From Pseudodesulfovibrio piezophilus C1TLV30 (GTDB lineage: Bacteria; Desulfobacterota; Desulfovibrionia; Desulfovibrionales; Desulfovibrionaceae): a stretch of DNA of 32,000 nucleotides. The stretch's first letter is position 1. Each line of letters begins with the position of its first letter. The position numbers and the translations under genes were made by a program. Location of the stretch: NCBI RefSeq assembly GCF_000341895.1, contig NC_020409.1:630001-662000 (forward strand), read 5' to 3'. The notes under the pieces were generated by a model. The model ran no database searches. It was given only the letters and a program-made list of their open reading frames with translations, and was not told where the DNA came from. Positions 17,932-25,479 of the stretch are shown one piece after another.

Positions 17932-18732
17932 ATGAGCGAACAAGCAAGCAATCCACATACTGACGCTATGCAGGAACTCTTAGGTATTATTGATACATTG
18001 CTTGCCCCAGAGGGATGCCCCTGGGACAAAGAGCAGACCCCCCTCTCCATGTGTGATTATCTCGCCGAAGAAACCTTTGAACTCATTGAAGGGATTCGCA
18101 GTAACGACCCCAAAGAATCCATGGAAGAGCTAGGGGACGTCCTATTCATTCTGCTCTTCCTAAGCACCCTGTTTGAAAGAGCAGGACTCTTTACGCTTTC
18201 TGACTCCCTCAAAAATACTACTGCCAAAATGATCAGACGCCACCCTCATGTGTTTGCCAACACCTGTTTTGAAGACCGAGAAACCCTCTTGGACAATTGG
18301 GAAACCATCAAAAAAGATGAAAATAAGGGTACCAACAAAAAACATGTATTCGACTCTCTGCCCAAAGGGCTTCCCCCTCTTCTCAAAGCTTATCGAATAA
18401 ACTCAAAAGCAGCTCGAAACGGTTTTACCTGGCAGTCAGATGACGAAGTAGAAAAACAGCTCAACGAAGAATGGCAGGAATGGCAGAACGCTCTCAAGTC
18501 CGGTGACAAGAAATCCTCTGAACAGGAATTTGGCGATTATCTTTTGACACTTGTGGAATTCGGTAGACGCAAAGGGATCAAGGCAAATAGTGCACTCGAC
18601 ATATCAAACCTGAAATTTTTAAGACGGTTTCAGGCGATGGAAGAACTCGCAGAATCTCGTGGGGTAGATTTTTCCGAGTTGGACTTAATGCATATGAATG
18701 CCCTCTGGGAAGAAGTCAAAACAACCGAATAA
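17932..18732 (+). CDS. mazG: Nucleoside triphosphate pyrophosphohydrolase MazG
   Basis: LLAPEGCPWDKEQT, YLAEETFELIEGI and EELGDVLF (EEXX(E/D) motifs), in a tandem MazG-domain layout of 266 aa. Confidence 0.85.
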   Translation: MSEQASNPHTDAMQELLGIIDTLLAPEGCPWDKEQTPLSMCDYLAEETFELIEGIRSNDPKESMEELGDVLFILLFLSTLFERAGLFTLSDSLKNTTAKMIRRHPHVFANTCFEDRETLLDNWETIKKDENKGTNKKHVFDSLPKGLPPLLKAYRINSKAARNGFTWQSDDEVEKQLNEEWQEWQNALKSGDKKSSEQEFGDYLLTLVEFGRRKGIKANSALDISNLKFLRRFQAMEELAESRGVDFSELDLMHMNALWEEVKTTE

Positions 18733-18878
18733 CCTTTTTTTCTCCCTCCCCCCCTGCTCTATCTAGCCTGATAGGGCGTTTTGCCTAACAAACAGTTGTC
18801 GCCCTGCTGTTTATCTACGTCAGAGAAAGCATCCTAGAACCAATCATACACCCCATTAAATTGCCTAACTCACAAAAA

Positions 18879-18908
18879 ATGGGCTTTTCTCTTTCAAGAA
18901 AAGCCCAT
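18879..18908 (-). terminator. Intrinsic terminator (minus strand) that now follows only a tRNA 3' stub
   Basis: Perfect 10-bp stem ATGGGCTTTT/AAAAGCCCAT. On the minus strand it is followed by TTTTTT, and it lies 10 nt downstream of the ...CTCTCCGCCA end at 18919. Confidence 0.7.
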
Positions 18909-18918
18909 GATACTCATA

Positions 18919-18937
18919 TGGCGGAGAGGGAGGGATC
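18919..18937 (-). other. Displaced 3' end of a tRNA (Ser-like acceptor, G73, CCA); att-type remnant marking the island junction
   Basis: The minus strand reads GATCCCTCCCTCTCCGCCA, which parses as T-stem 3' strand, acceptor CCTCTCC (pairs with GGAGAGG), discriminator G, and CCA. No tRNA body lies upstream; the sequence turns into AT-rich DNA at about 18938. Confidence 0.55.
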
Positions 18938-19134
18938 AGAAAATCATAATTTTACACAATGATTATAAATATATATAAAATTAAAGTAAAATTTTATACC
19001 ATTTATTATACCACCCACAAACAAGTGCCCTCCTGCGCCCTTAGCATTCCTAATACACTTAAAGCCAAATCAGTGTTCGGTTTAAACTCCTGTGTTAGTA
19101 CAATCGAACTGTAAAGAGTCAGAATAGGATAAGA

Positions 19135-19183
19135 ATTGACTCCCATTCAATAGGTCGTGGGTTCACTTCCCACTGCAACCACC
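19135..19183 (+). other. tRNA-like 3' two-thirds fragment (anticodon arm to acceptor end, CCC in anticodon position); not a functional tRNA
   Basis: ATTGA-CTCCCAT-TCAAT (5-bp stem, 7-nt loop with T33 and A37), variable AGGTC, T-arm GTGGG-TTCACTT-CCCAC (A58 replaced by C), then TGCAACC-A-CC. There is no complementary 5' acceptor strand or D-arm upstream. Confidence 0.45.
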
Positions 19184-19217
19184 TGTAATAAATACAATAC
19201 CAGCCATCGTTAGTCCT

Positions 19218-19237
19218 TGACATTGTGAGAAATGTCA
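19218..19237 (+). promoter_or_regulatory. Inverted repeat TGACAT-N8-ATGTCA overlapping a TTGACA -35-like hexamer upstream of the PP2C gene
   Basis: Read directly as TTGACATTGTGAGAAATGTCAC, 70-90 nt upstream of the ATG at 19309. Confidence 0.25.
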
Positions 19238-19308
19238 CTAACTTATAAAGAGGATCAAGAAGTCGCAGAGGCGCTATCGTTGCAATCTTTGAATCCTAAG
19301 AGTGAGCA

Positions 19309-19995
19309 ATGACGACTAGTTCAGTTCAATATGCATATGAATCGTTAAAAGGCACCAATAGAACATCTAATAAGGATGGCGTTGGGGCCTTCGATTTGGA
19401 CATCGATGGATACAGCTTATTTGCGATCTTTGATGGCGTTAGCAGCCTCGCCAACGCTAAAAATGGAGTCAACTTAGCACTCAGAGAGCTAGGGAGAATC
19501 TTCTACGAAAACAAACACAATAATGACATTGATCTTGTTAAAATAGTTGAATCTCTGAATGCTAAGATCAGAGAGAGTAAGTACAAAAAGCCCTATACGA
19601 CCTGCGCTATTTTAGCCATCCCTAAAGACAAAACTCGACCTGTGAAGATTGCAAGCTTAGGTGACTCAAGAATCTATGGCGTAGACAAACAATTTATCGA
19701 ACAGCTCACAGAGGATCATCATATCGATGGTCATCCAAGCGTTTTGACACGCTACCTTGGCATGGAGCAACTAGAGCACTCTGACATCTTTTACAAAGAA
19801 TTTATAAGTTCATTTTCTGATTATATGCTTTGCACCGACGGCTTCTGCTCTCTTTTTGAAAAAGATAAGTCCTTATTTCATGATATCTTTTTACGCCACA
19901 CTCCTACAGGCGCAAAGAAAGAAGTAAACAAGCTCATCCAAGGCAAAAATCAAGATGATGCAACGTATATCTATGTGAGGACTAATGATGTTTGA
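19309..19995 (+). CDS. PP2C-family Ser/Thr protein phosphatase
   Basis: Motifs NKDGVGAF...LFAIFDGVSS, ASLGDSRIYG, QLTEDHH, VLTRYLG, MLCTDGF and QDDATYIYV, in the order of bacterial PP2C metal-binding motifs. Confidence 0.8.
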   Translation: MTTSSVQYAYESLKGTNRTSNKDGVGAFDLDIDGYSLFAIFDGVSSLANAKNGVNLALRELGRIFYENKHNNDIDLVKIVESLNAKIRESKYKKPYTTCAILAIPKDKTRPVKIASLGDSRIYGVDKQFIEQLTEDHHIDGHPSVLTRYLGMEQLEHSDIFYKEFISSFSDYMLCTDGFCSLFEKDKSLFHDIFLRHTPTGAKKEVNKLIQGKNQDDATYIYVRTNDV

Positions 19996-20644
19996 TTCTG
20001 AACAAGCATTAGTAGACCTGCTAAAGGAGCAGTTGCCAGGACCTTTGTTTCAGAAGTCTGATGAGACATTGGTCTTAGATGAAGTCAACTTAGGCTATGG
20101 CATTGCCGACTTAGTCATCACTCAATACCTTCCGCCAAAGCCTTTAATGAGGAATAATTTCTTTTCGAATCTACATATAACCATTCTTGAGCTATTAAAA
20201 AACGTTAGATCGGCAACACTCCCCTGCATTGAAGACAAGACAAGGGCATCTAAACGCTCTATCAACAGATGTGTAGAAGCACTTATTGAAGATGCCTATG
20301 TCTCTCTTGAGAGCGATGTTGTTAGACTTGAAAGAGAGTACTACTGCTCTATAAAAAACACGATCGCGATAGAGGCAAAGCTCAAAAATTGGAAGAGAGC
20401 ACTTAATCAAGCTTACCGCTATAAATCATTCTCGAATGAGAGTTATGTCTGCTTGCCGGTTTCCAACTCTAGGCCAGCATTAAACAACCTCCACTTGTTT
20501 AAACAAATGGAGGTTGGACTACTAACCCTTCGCGATTGTGGCGATTTAGATATTATTTATGCTCCGCCTAGCGAGCAGCCAATTAGCAGCAAAATGAACA
20601 TGCTTTTGAATGAGCAAGTATTAACTAAGCTGCATTCATCTTGA
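19985..20644 (+). CDS. PD-(D/E)xK nuclease-fold protein (Cas4/RecB-like motif set) with an inserted winged-helix-like segment
   Basis: Contains LGYGIADLVI (GxhD), IAIEAKLKNW (ExK) and NQAYRY (QxxxY). The roughly 80 aa between motifs II and III (ILELLKNVRSATL...INRCVEALIEDAYV) looks wHTH-like. The start overlaps the PP2C stop by 11 nt, with a GAGGA SD. Confidence 0.55.
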   Translation: MMFDSEQALVDLLKEQLPGPLFQKSDETLVLDEVNLGYGIADLVITQYLPPKPLMRNNFFSNLHITILELLKNVRSATLPCIEDKTRASKRSINRCVEALIEDAYVSLESDVVRLEREYYCSIKNTIAIEAKLKNWKRALNQAYRYKSFSNESYVCLPVSNSRPALNNLHLFKQMEVGLLTLRDCGDLDIIYAPPSEQPISSKMNMLLNEQVLTKLHSS

Positions 20645-21794
20645 TTACAGATTGCCATATACCAAGGTGGTAATCAGCACTTTCATCTGTCAGAAAGACC
20701 TTATGGTCTCTCTCTAAACGCTCATAGAGCTCTCGGGCCTCTTCAACACGCTCCAAGAATGCAGATGGCCTAGCAGATAACGGCTTGCCCGCCAGTTCCT
20801 TCAACTGACGAGATACTGCTAGCAGGTAGTTCTTGTGAACATCCGGCTTGTGAGTATCCCTATAATACTCATCTTGAAGAATGACATCCGAAAAGATATT
20901 CTTTTCATTTGCAATCAATGAGATACAGTTTCTTGCACGAACGATTCCCAACTGTTGCGCCTTGATCATGTTCAAAAGCTTTTCAGAGTAATACCAACCC
21001 TTTGAAGGGCCGCCAGCAGTATCTTCTGTGAATCGAGTAACACTGAAGTTTCGCAGATTTTCATATGTGCCAATAGTGACACCATCTACATCAACAAGGG
21101 AAAGAAAGACCAGGGCGTCCCAATTGGCGTATCCTAAAATAGTTTTAAACCCCTGGGCCTTTAAAGTCGTAAGTACATTTAGCAAGTTTGTGTAATAGCT
21201 TACGTTTACGCTAATTTTCTTTTTGTACTCTAAGCTTGCACCACTTGCTATATAGTATCCGTCAAAGGCAATACTCATATCAGTTGCAGCTCTGAGAATC
21301 TTTTCAATATACTCTGAACTAGCGATTTGATTATCGGAAAAGCATAGAGTCATATAAAACTCCTCATCGCCCCTCACCTTCTGAAGCTTCTTGTTCACCC
21401 TATTCAGAATATCAATAGTTCTAGCGACGTCCCCCAGTTCATAAAAAAAGCTTGGGACTATTATCCTCTTAAGTCCAAGTTCTTGCTGATACTTTATCGA
21501 TGCCATTATGCAGTCGACACCGCTCACGCATGTGCCCTGTGATGAGGAATCATGGATAGGGTGGTAGGGATACGTGCCCAACTTACCACCTTGAGAAGCC
21601 TTATTTCCAAAAAACTGATGGTCAATCATCGATATAGGCAGATAGTCTTCTGCTTTATATCCACTGATAGGGTTGCCAATCTTTCCATACATAAAACTGT
21701 AGGCATTAAAAATGAATCCATCACCAATATCGTTAACAAAGTGGCTATCAAGGCTCCATTTATGATTGTGGCCTAGTTGGTGGTAGATTTCCAT
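20625..21794 (-). CDS. Hypothetical 389-aa protein, no recognisable motif; translationally coupled to the kinase
   Basis: GAGGAG SD inside the kinase 3' end, with the ATG 1 nt after the kinase TAA. A regular alternation of hydrophobic strand-like segments (IIVPSFFY, FYMTLCF, FDGYYI, TILGYANWD, DGVTIGTY) suggests an alpha/beta barrel-like fold. That fold suggestion is inference only. Confidence 0.6.
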   Translation of the reverse strand: MEIYHQLGHNHKWSLDSHFVNDIGDGFIFNAYSFMYGKIGNPISGYKAEDYLPISMIDHQFFGNKASQGGKLGTYPYHPIHDSSSQGTCVSGVDCIMASIKYQQELGLKRIIVPSFFYELGDVARTIDILNRVNKKLQKVRGDEEFYMTLCFSDNQIASSEYIEKILRAATDMSIAFDGYYIASGASLEYKKKISVNVSYYTNLLNVLTTLKAQGFKTILGYANWDALVFLSLVDVDGVTIGTYENLRNFSVTRFTEDTAGGPSKGWYYSEKLLNMIKAQQLGIVRARNCISLIANEKNIFSDVILQDEYYRDTHKPDVHKNYLLAVSRQLKELAGKPLSARPSAFLERVEEARELYERLERDHKVFLTDESADYHLGIWQSVIKMNAA

Positions 21795-21795
21795 A

Positions 21796-22581
21796 TTAGA
21801 GCTCCTCTAAAAACAAGTTCACAGTTCTAGGACGTAAGGAAATATTCTTCACAAATATCTTTTCAAAAAACTTTTTCAGAGAACAATCGTCATCCACATT
21901 ATAGTCGAAACTATCGGCAGCAAAGGTCGCACGAATTTCATCCTCAGTTGAACCGAACGGAAGAGAGGAATACTTCATCACATAAGCTATGATCCCAATA
22001 CTAAAAAAATCGGTTCGATATGAAATGGCATCACGATCTCCACTCAGTTGCTCAGGTGCAGCAAAGCCCGTTGTGTGAGGCTGAAATCCTGTTGTTGTGA
22101 TTGTGGAGTCTTCAGGATTTTTGTAGATGCCGAAATCGATTACATAAATCCCACCACCAGTTGTAACGATTATATTTTCTGGCTTTAAATCCCTATGCGT
22201 TTTGCCTTCCTGCCATATTGGTTCCATCACGCCACAAAGGCCCTGAACAAATGTCTTAATCGATGAATCTTCCCACTTGAGACGCAACATCTTATTAAGC
22301 GGAAGCCCTTCGATATACTCCTCAATGACAACAGTTTCACCCTTGTAAAGAACGACTTCAACAACCCTAGGGATGCCATCAAGGTGCTTATTTTCAAGGT
22401 AAAAATCTAGCTCCCGCTCATCCCGCTCATTAAAGCGGTACCTGAACATCTTCAAAGCAAACTTTTCATTTCCACGACTCACAATGAACACATATTTTTG
22501 AGCACCTTGAAAGCAGTCATGGACCTCAGTTATCCCCAACTGCTCAATCAAATCCTGCGGTAATGAAAAAATGGGTGGCAT
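21796..22581 (-). CDS. Minimal Hanks-type Ser/Thr protein kinase (kinase domain only, 261 aa)
   Basis: Contains FALKM (VAIK-like Lys), HRDLKPENI, DFG, GFAAPE, DFFSIGI and a subdomain XI Arg. The Gly-loop is degenerate (FQGAQKY). GAGGAG SD. Confidence 0.85.
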   Translation of the reverse strand: MPPIFSLPQDLIEQLGITEVHDCFQGAQKYVFIVSRGNEKFALKMFRYRFNERDERELDFYLENKHLDGIPRVVEVVLYKGETVVIEEYIEGLPLNKMLRLKWEDSSIKTFVQGLCGVMEPIWQEGKTHRDLKPENIIVTTGGGIYVIDFGIYKNPEDSTITTTGFQPHTTGFAAPEQLSGDRDAISYRTDFFSIGIIAYVMKYSSLPFGSTEDEIRATFAADSFDYNVDDDCSLKKFFEKIFVKNISLRPRTVNLFLEEL

Positions 22582-22730
22582 CTAGGCTCCTCACCGACAT
22601 GCTAAACTTGCCATCAATCAGATTGTTGATTCAAAAAACTTATAATACCTTTTGAATGCCGTGTAGTAAAGAATCAGAATGGCAAACATTTCATACCATT
22701 AAAGTCTACAATCAAGTAAGAGCATTATAA

Positions 22731-23447
22731 CTATGAAGCCTTCCGCTTAAGACTTTTAATATACAGGGACGAACTGTTCATAAAAAATACACCATGTGAC
22801 AAAGTTGAAACAAAGGCTCCGAGCGGCAGCCCCTCAATCTCAAACTGCTCCATGAAATACTGATCAAGATGCAGCTGCGCCATATGAAGGCCTTCATAGC
22901 ACGACAACTTCAACTGTTTATCCTTGTTGTTTTTCTCATTGCAACTGGTAAACCTCCGCTTCGTGAACCATGTCCTACAGACCATTGGCCGGACTGCATA
23001 AATTGAACAAACCCCATCGTCACAAAACGGACATTGAGAGCTAAATTCGCGGCAGATGGATCTAAACTCAGCCCTTTTGGTGGGCATTTGTTTGAAGCTA
23101 TCCCAAAAGGCTTCTCTAAATGGTTCAAAATCGACATCCCATTGTGGATACTTCTCAGCAAAGCTATTCCGGATGCCAGGCTGCTTATCTAGAAACTCAT
23201 TTATGCACAGCAATTCGCTGGGATAAGCGTGAATAATCTGGTTGCAACAAAAGCTGCACCCCGGCTTACACTTCACAGTTCGCTTCCCAATCTCGCTATC
23301 AATGATAAAGTCTGAAAGCTTCAGGAATTCACGATAAATATCCAAATACGCCGAAAGACGTTTCTTGAACTTCAAAGAAGTAAGATCGGGAAGAGCTTCT
23401 GGGCCATAATTCATAAATGAACATACCACTTCTTCAACTTTGCCCAT
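22731..23447 (-). CDS. YkgJ/UPF0153-type cysteine-cluster (Zn/Fe-chelating) protein
   Basis: CKPGCSFCC plus CPFCDDGVCSIYAVRPMVCRTW match the CxxCxxCC ... CPFL-x-G-x-C-x-IY-x-x-RP-x-x-CR pattern of that family. Confidence 0.6.
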   Translation of the reverse strand: MGKVEEVVCSFMNYGPEALPDLTSLKFKKRLSAYLDIYREFLKLSDFIIDSEIGKRTVKCKPGCSFCCNQIIHAYPSELLCINEFLDKQPGIRNSFAEKYPQWDVDFEPFREAFWDSFKQMPTKRAEFRSICREFSSQCPFCDDGVCSIYAVRPMVCRTWFTKRRFTSCNEKNNKDKQLKLSCYEGLHMAQLHLDQYFMEQFEIEGLPLGAFVSTLSHGVFFMNSSSLYIKSLKRKAS

Positions 23448-23611
23448 TATTCAACCTCACGTTAGAATTTGACGTTTGCTCAACTTGGCCCAACTGAGTC
23501 CAATCGTCAAATATGGTAAAATCAGGAGAAGACGATTTAGTAGACATAAAAAAAGGTATCAAGTTGGTACACTTGACACCTTTCTCCAAACACCCAACTG
23601 GGGATTAGCCC

Positions 23612-24061
23612 TTAACGACTAGACACAGTAGTTCGATCTTTATCCCAACGCCAATGCCTCTTCATTTTCCTCTTCAGGGCAGAAAAGACAAGGTGATCCA
23701 ACACCTTTCTTTTATTCGGATACCTAAACTTCTCAATCCAAGATGAAGCAGACTTGTCGGCCATCGTAGCCTCAAATACGGATTGAATATGTGGAACATC
23801 CGCCTGACTAACCACCAGATCCTCTTCATCTACAGCCTTCGACTCCAAAAACGACACCATCTCTGTTAGATAAGGTTTCACTTCGAGCCGTATATGCTCC
23901 GCCCAAACAACTGCCCCTGGAGTGCCTTCTAGGTCGGATTCTTCAATAATCTGCTTTCCACACTGTTCGCAAACCCGACTCTTTACCCATCGTCCTTCGC
24001 ATATTTTGCCACAGTAGTTACACGATTTATCGAGGTTTTTCTGAACCTTCTTCAATTTCAT
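23612..24061 (-). CDS. Hypothetical protein with N-terminal zinc-ribbon (CxxC...CxxC)
   Basis: CNYCGKICEGRWVKSRVCEQCG at the N-terminus. The rest is unrecognised. Confidence 0.5.
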   Translation of the reverse strand: MKLKKVQKNLDKSCNYCGKICEGRWVKSRVCEQCGKQIIEESDLEGTPGAVVWAEHIRLEVKPYLTEMVSFLESKAVDEEDLVVSQADVPHIQSVFEATMADKSASSWIEKFRYPNKRKVLDHLVFSALKRKMKRHWRWDKDRTTVSSR

Positions 24062-24178
24062 TTATCAACTCCCAAAAATATTCTTCAAAAACTACAACAC
24101 CAAGGGTCAAAACGAAAAAGAAGAAAACTTGACCGATGAGCCCCTTTCGACTTTCCGAGAGAAGGGGGGTATACCTGT

Positions 24179-24559
24179 CTAACTATCTACATCTAGAAAA
24201 TTTACGGCTTTATTCAAAACGATTTCAACCATCACAACCTGCTGGTAGTTAAGGGTTATTTCATTCAAGACACGCCCTTGCAGCGCGACCCTTGCATGCA
24301 AAAAGACCTCCCCATCTTTCTGGCATTTAGAGAAGGTCAAATAGCCCTGTTTATCGTTTCCAAAGGAATCAACATTTGACTTTATTGATCCAATCTTGTT
24401 GTATAAATAAGCCTGAAACCAACTTTTCAAATAGGCAAGCATCAGCAACGAAGAAACGTTCACCCCTAGAAATGAGGCCTTTAGCGTCTTCTCAACATTT
24501 CCACCGGCCACCTTTTCTTTCGCCATATAGCATTTAAGCCCGTACTCTTCGAACGTCAT
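24179..24559 (-). CDS. Hypothetical protein coupled to the recombinase gene
   Basis: ATGA start/stop overlap with the recombinase gene at 24556-24559. No motif recognised. Confidence 0.5.
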   Translation of the reverse strand: MTFEEYGLKCYMAKEKVAGGNVEKTLKASFLGVNVSSLLMLAYLKSWFQAYLYNKIGSIKSNVDSFGNDKQGYLTFSKCQKDGEVFLHARVALQGRVLNEITLNYQQVVMVEIVLNKAVNFLDVDS

Positions 24560-25479
24560 TTCAAGTAATGCTCCGTAATATCGGGCCGCTCATGGCCCAT
24601 TTCTTTGGATACACGACCTAGGCTTTCATAATAAGAAACACCACCTTGACGTAATTCTTTCATACGCCGTTGCGCGTAATTCCATCTAAGCCCATGAGAA
24701 CCATTATACTTCTGAGAAGTAAGCGCGGAAGCCTCTTTCAAACCAGCCCTATAATGATCCTTATTAATTTTAAATTTACCGTACTTTTGAATATGCTCTT
24801 TCAACTTCTGAAATGTTGCAGGAGAAAGTTGCGGCCTCAACACCTTCCCCCCCTTCCCCTTCGCTTCAAACTGCCCCCCTGGCCGAAGTTGACCTTTCCG
24901 AATCAACGAAATCTCATTAACTCGACTCCCGGCCTCATATTGCATCTGAGCTGCGAGTTGATGGTCAGCATTAGAAACAAATTGGATTAAAGCTTCAGGT
25001 TGATGGTACGCCCTCGTCGATTCAAACCGCTTCAGCTCTTTTGCATCCTCTCTCGTAGCCTCAATGCCGCTTTGCAGCTCAAAACGTCGCTTCATCCCCG
25101 TCTTATCTGCGAAGCCATTAAGAGCCACTTCCAGCTTACTCAGGGCAGCTGCGTACTGATTGTATGTAGCTCTTGCCACCCCCCTCTCAATGCACTCTTC
25201 TAAATACGACTGAACGTGCCGGGCTTCTATCCGAGTCAATTGCCTCAAACCATACTTATCCCTTGCGTGAATAAAGCACCTTCTCCAACACTCTCGATAA
25301 GCATCTGCAGTACTATACGAATGAATACCGAGCTTCTTACCCAAATCTCGCCAGGTCCTCGCCCCGTCTTTTCTGGCAACCTCCTTGGCTGCATGTTTAG
25401 AAGAGCCTATGCGTTTGATACCAGACACTTCATAAACGAGCTTAACTTGACGCTTTGGGCTTCCGTATTTCTTGGCCAT
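24556..25479 (-). CDS. Tyrosine recombinase / integrase
   Basis: Catalytic-signature candidates appear in order: AGSRVNE (Arg I), HGLRWNYA (His-x-x-Arg) and MGHERPDITEHYLK (His ... Tyr). Confidence 0.7.
   Translation of the reverse strand: MAKKYGSPKRQVKLVYEVSGIKRIGSSKHAAKEVARKDGARTWRDLGKKLGIHSYSTADAYRECWRRCFIHARDKYGLRQLTRIEARHVQSYLEECIERGVARATYNQYAAALSKLEVALNGFADKTGMKRRFELQSGIEATREDAKELKRFESTRAYHQPEALIQFVSNADHQLAAQMQYEAGSRVNEISLIRKGQLRPGGQFEAKGKGGKVLRPQLSPATFQKLKEHIQKYGKFKINKDHYRAGLKEASALTSQKYNGSHGLRWNYAQRRMKELRQGGVSYYESLGRVSKEMGHERPDITEHYLK

Noticed and set aside
19135-19183. Functional tRNA-Gly(CCC) gene
   Set aside because: The 5' acceptor strand and D-arm are absent, the T-loop lacks A58, and the end reads CCT. 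It is reported only as a fragment.
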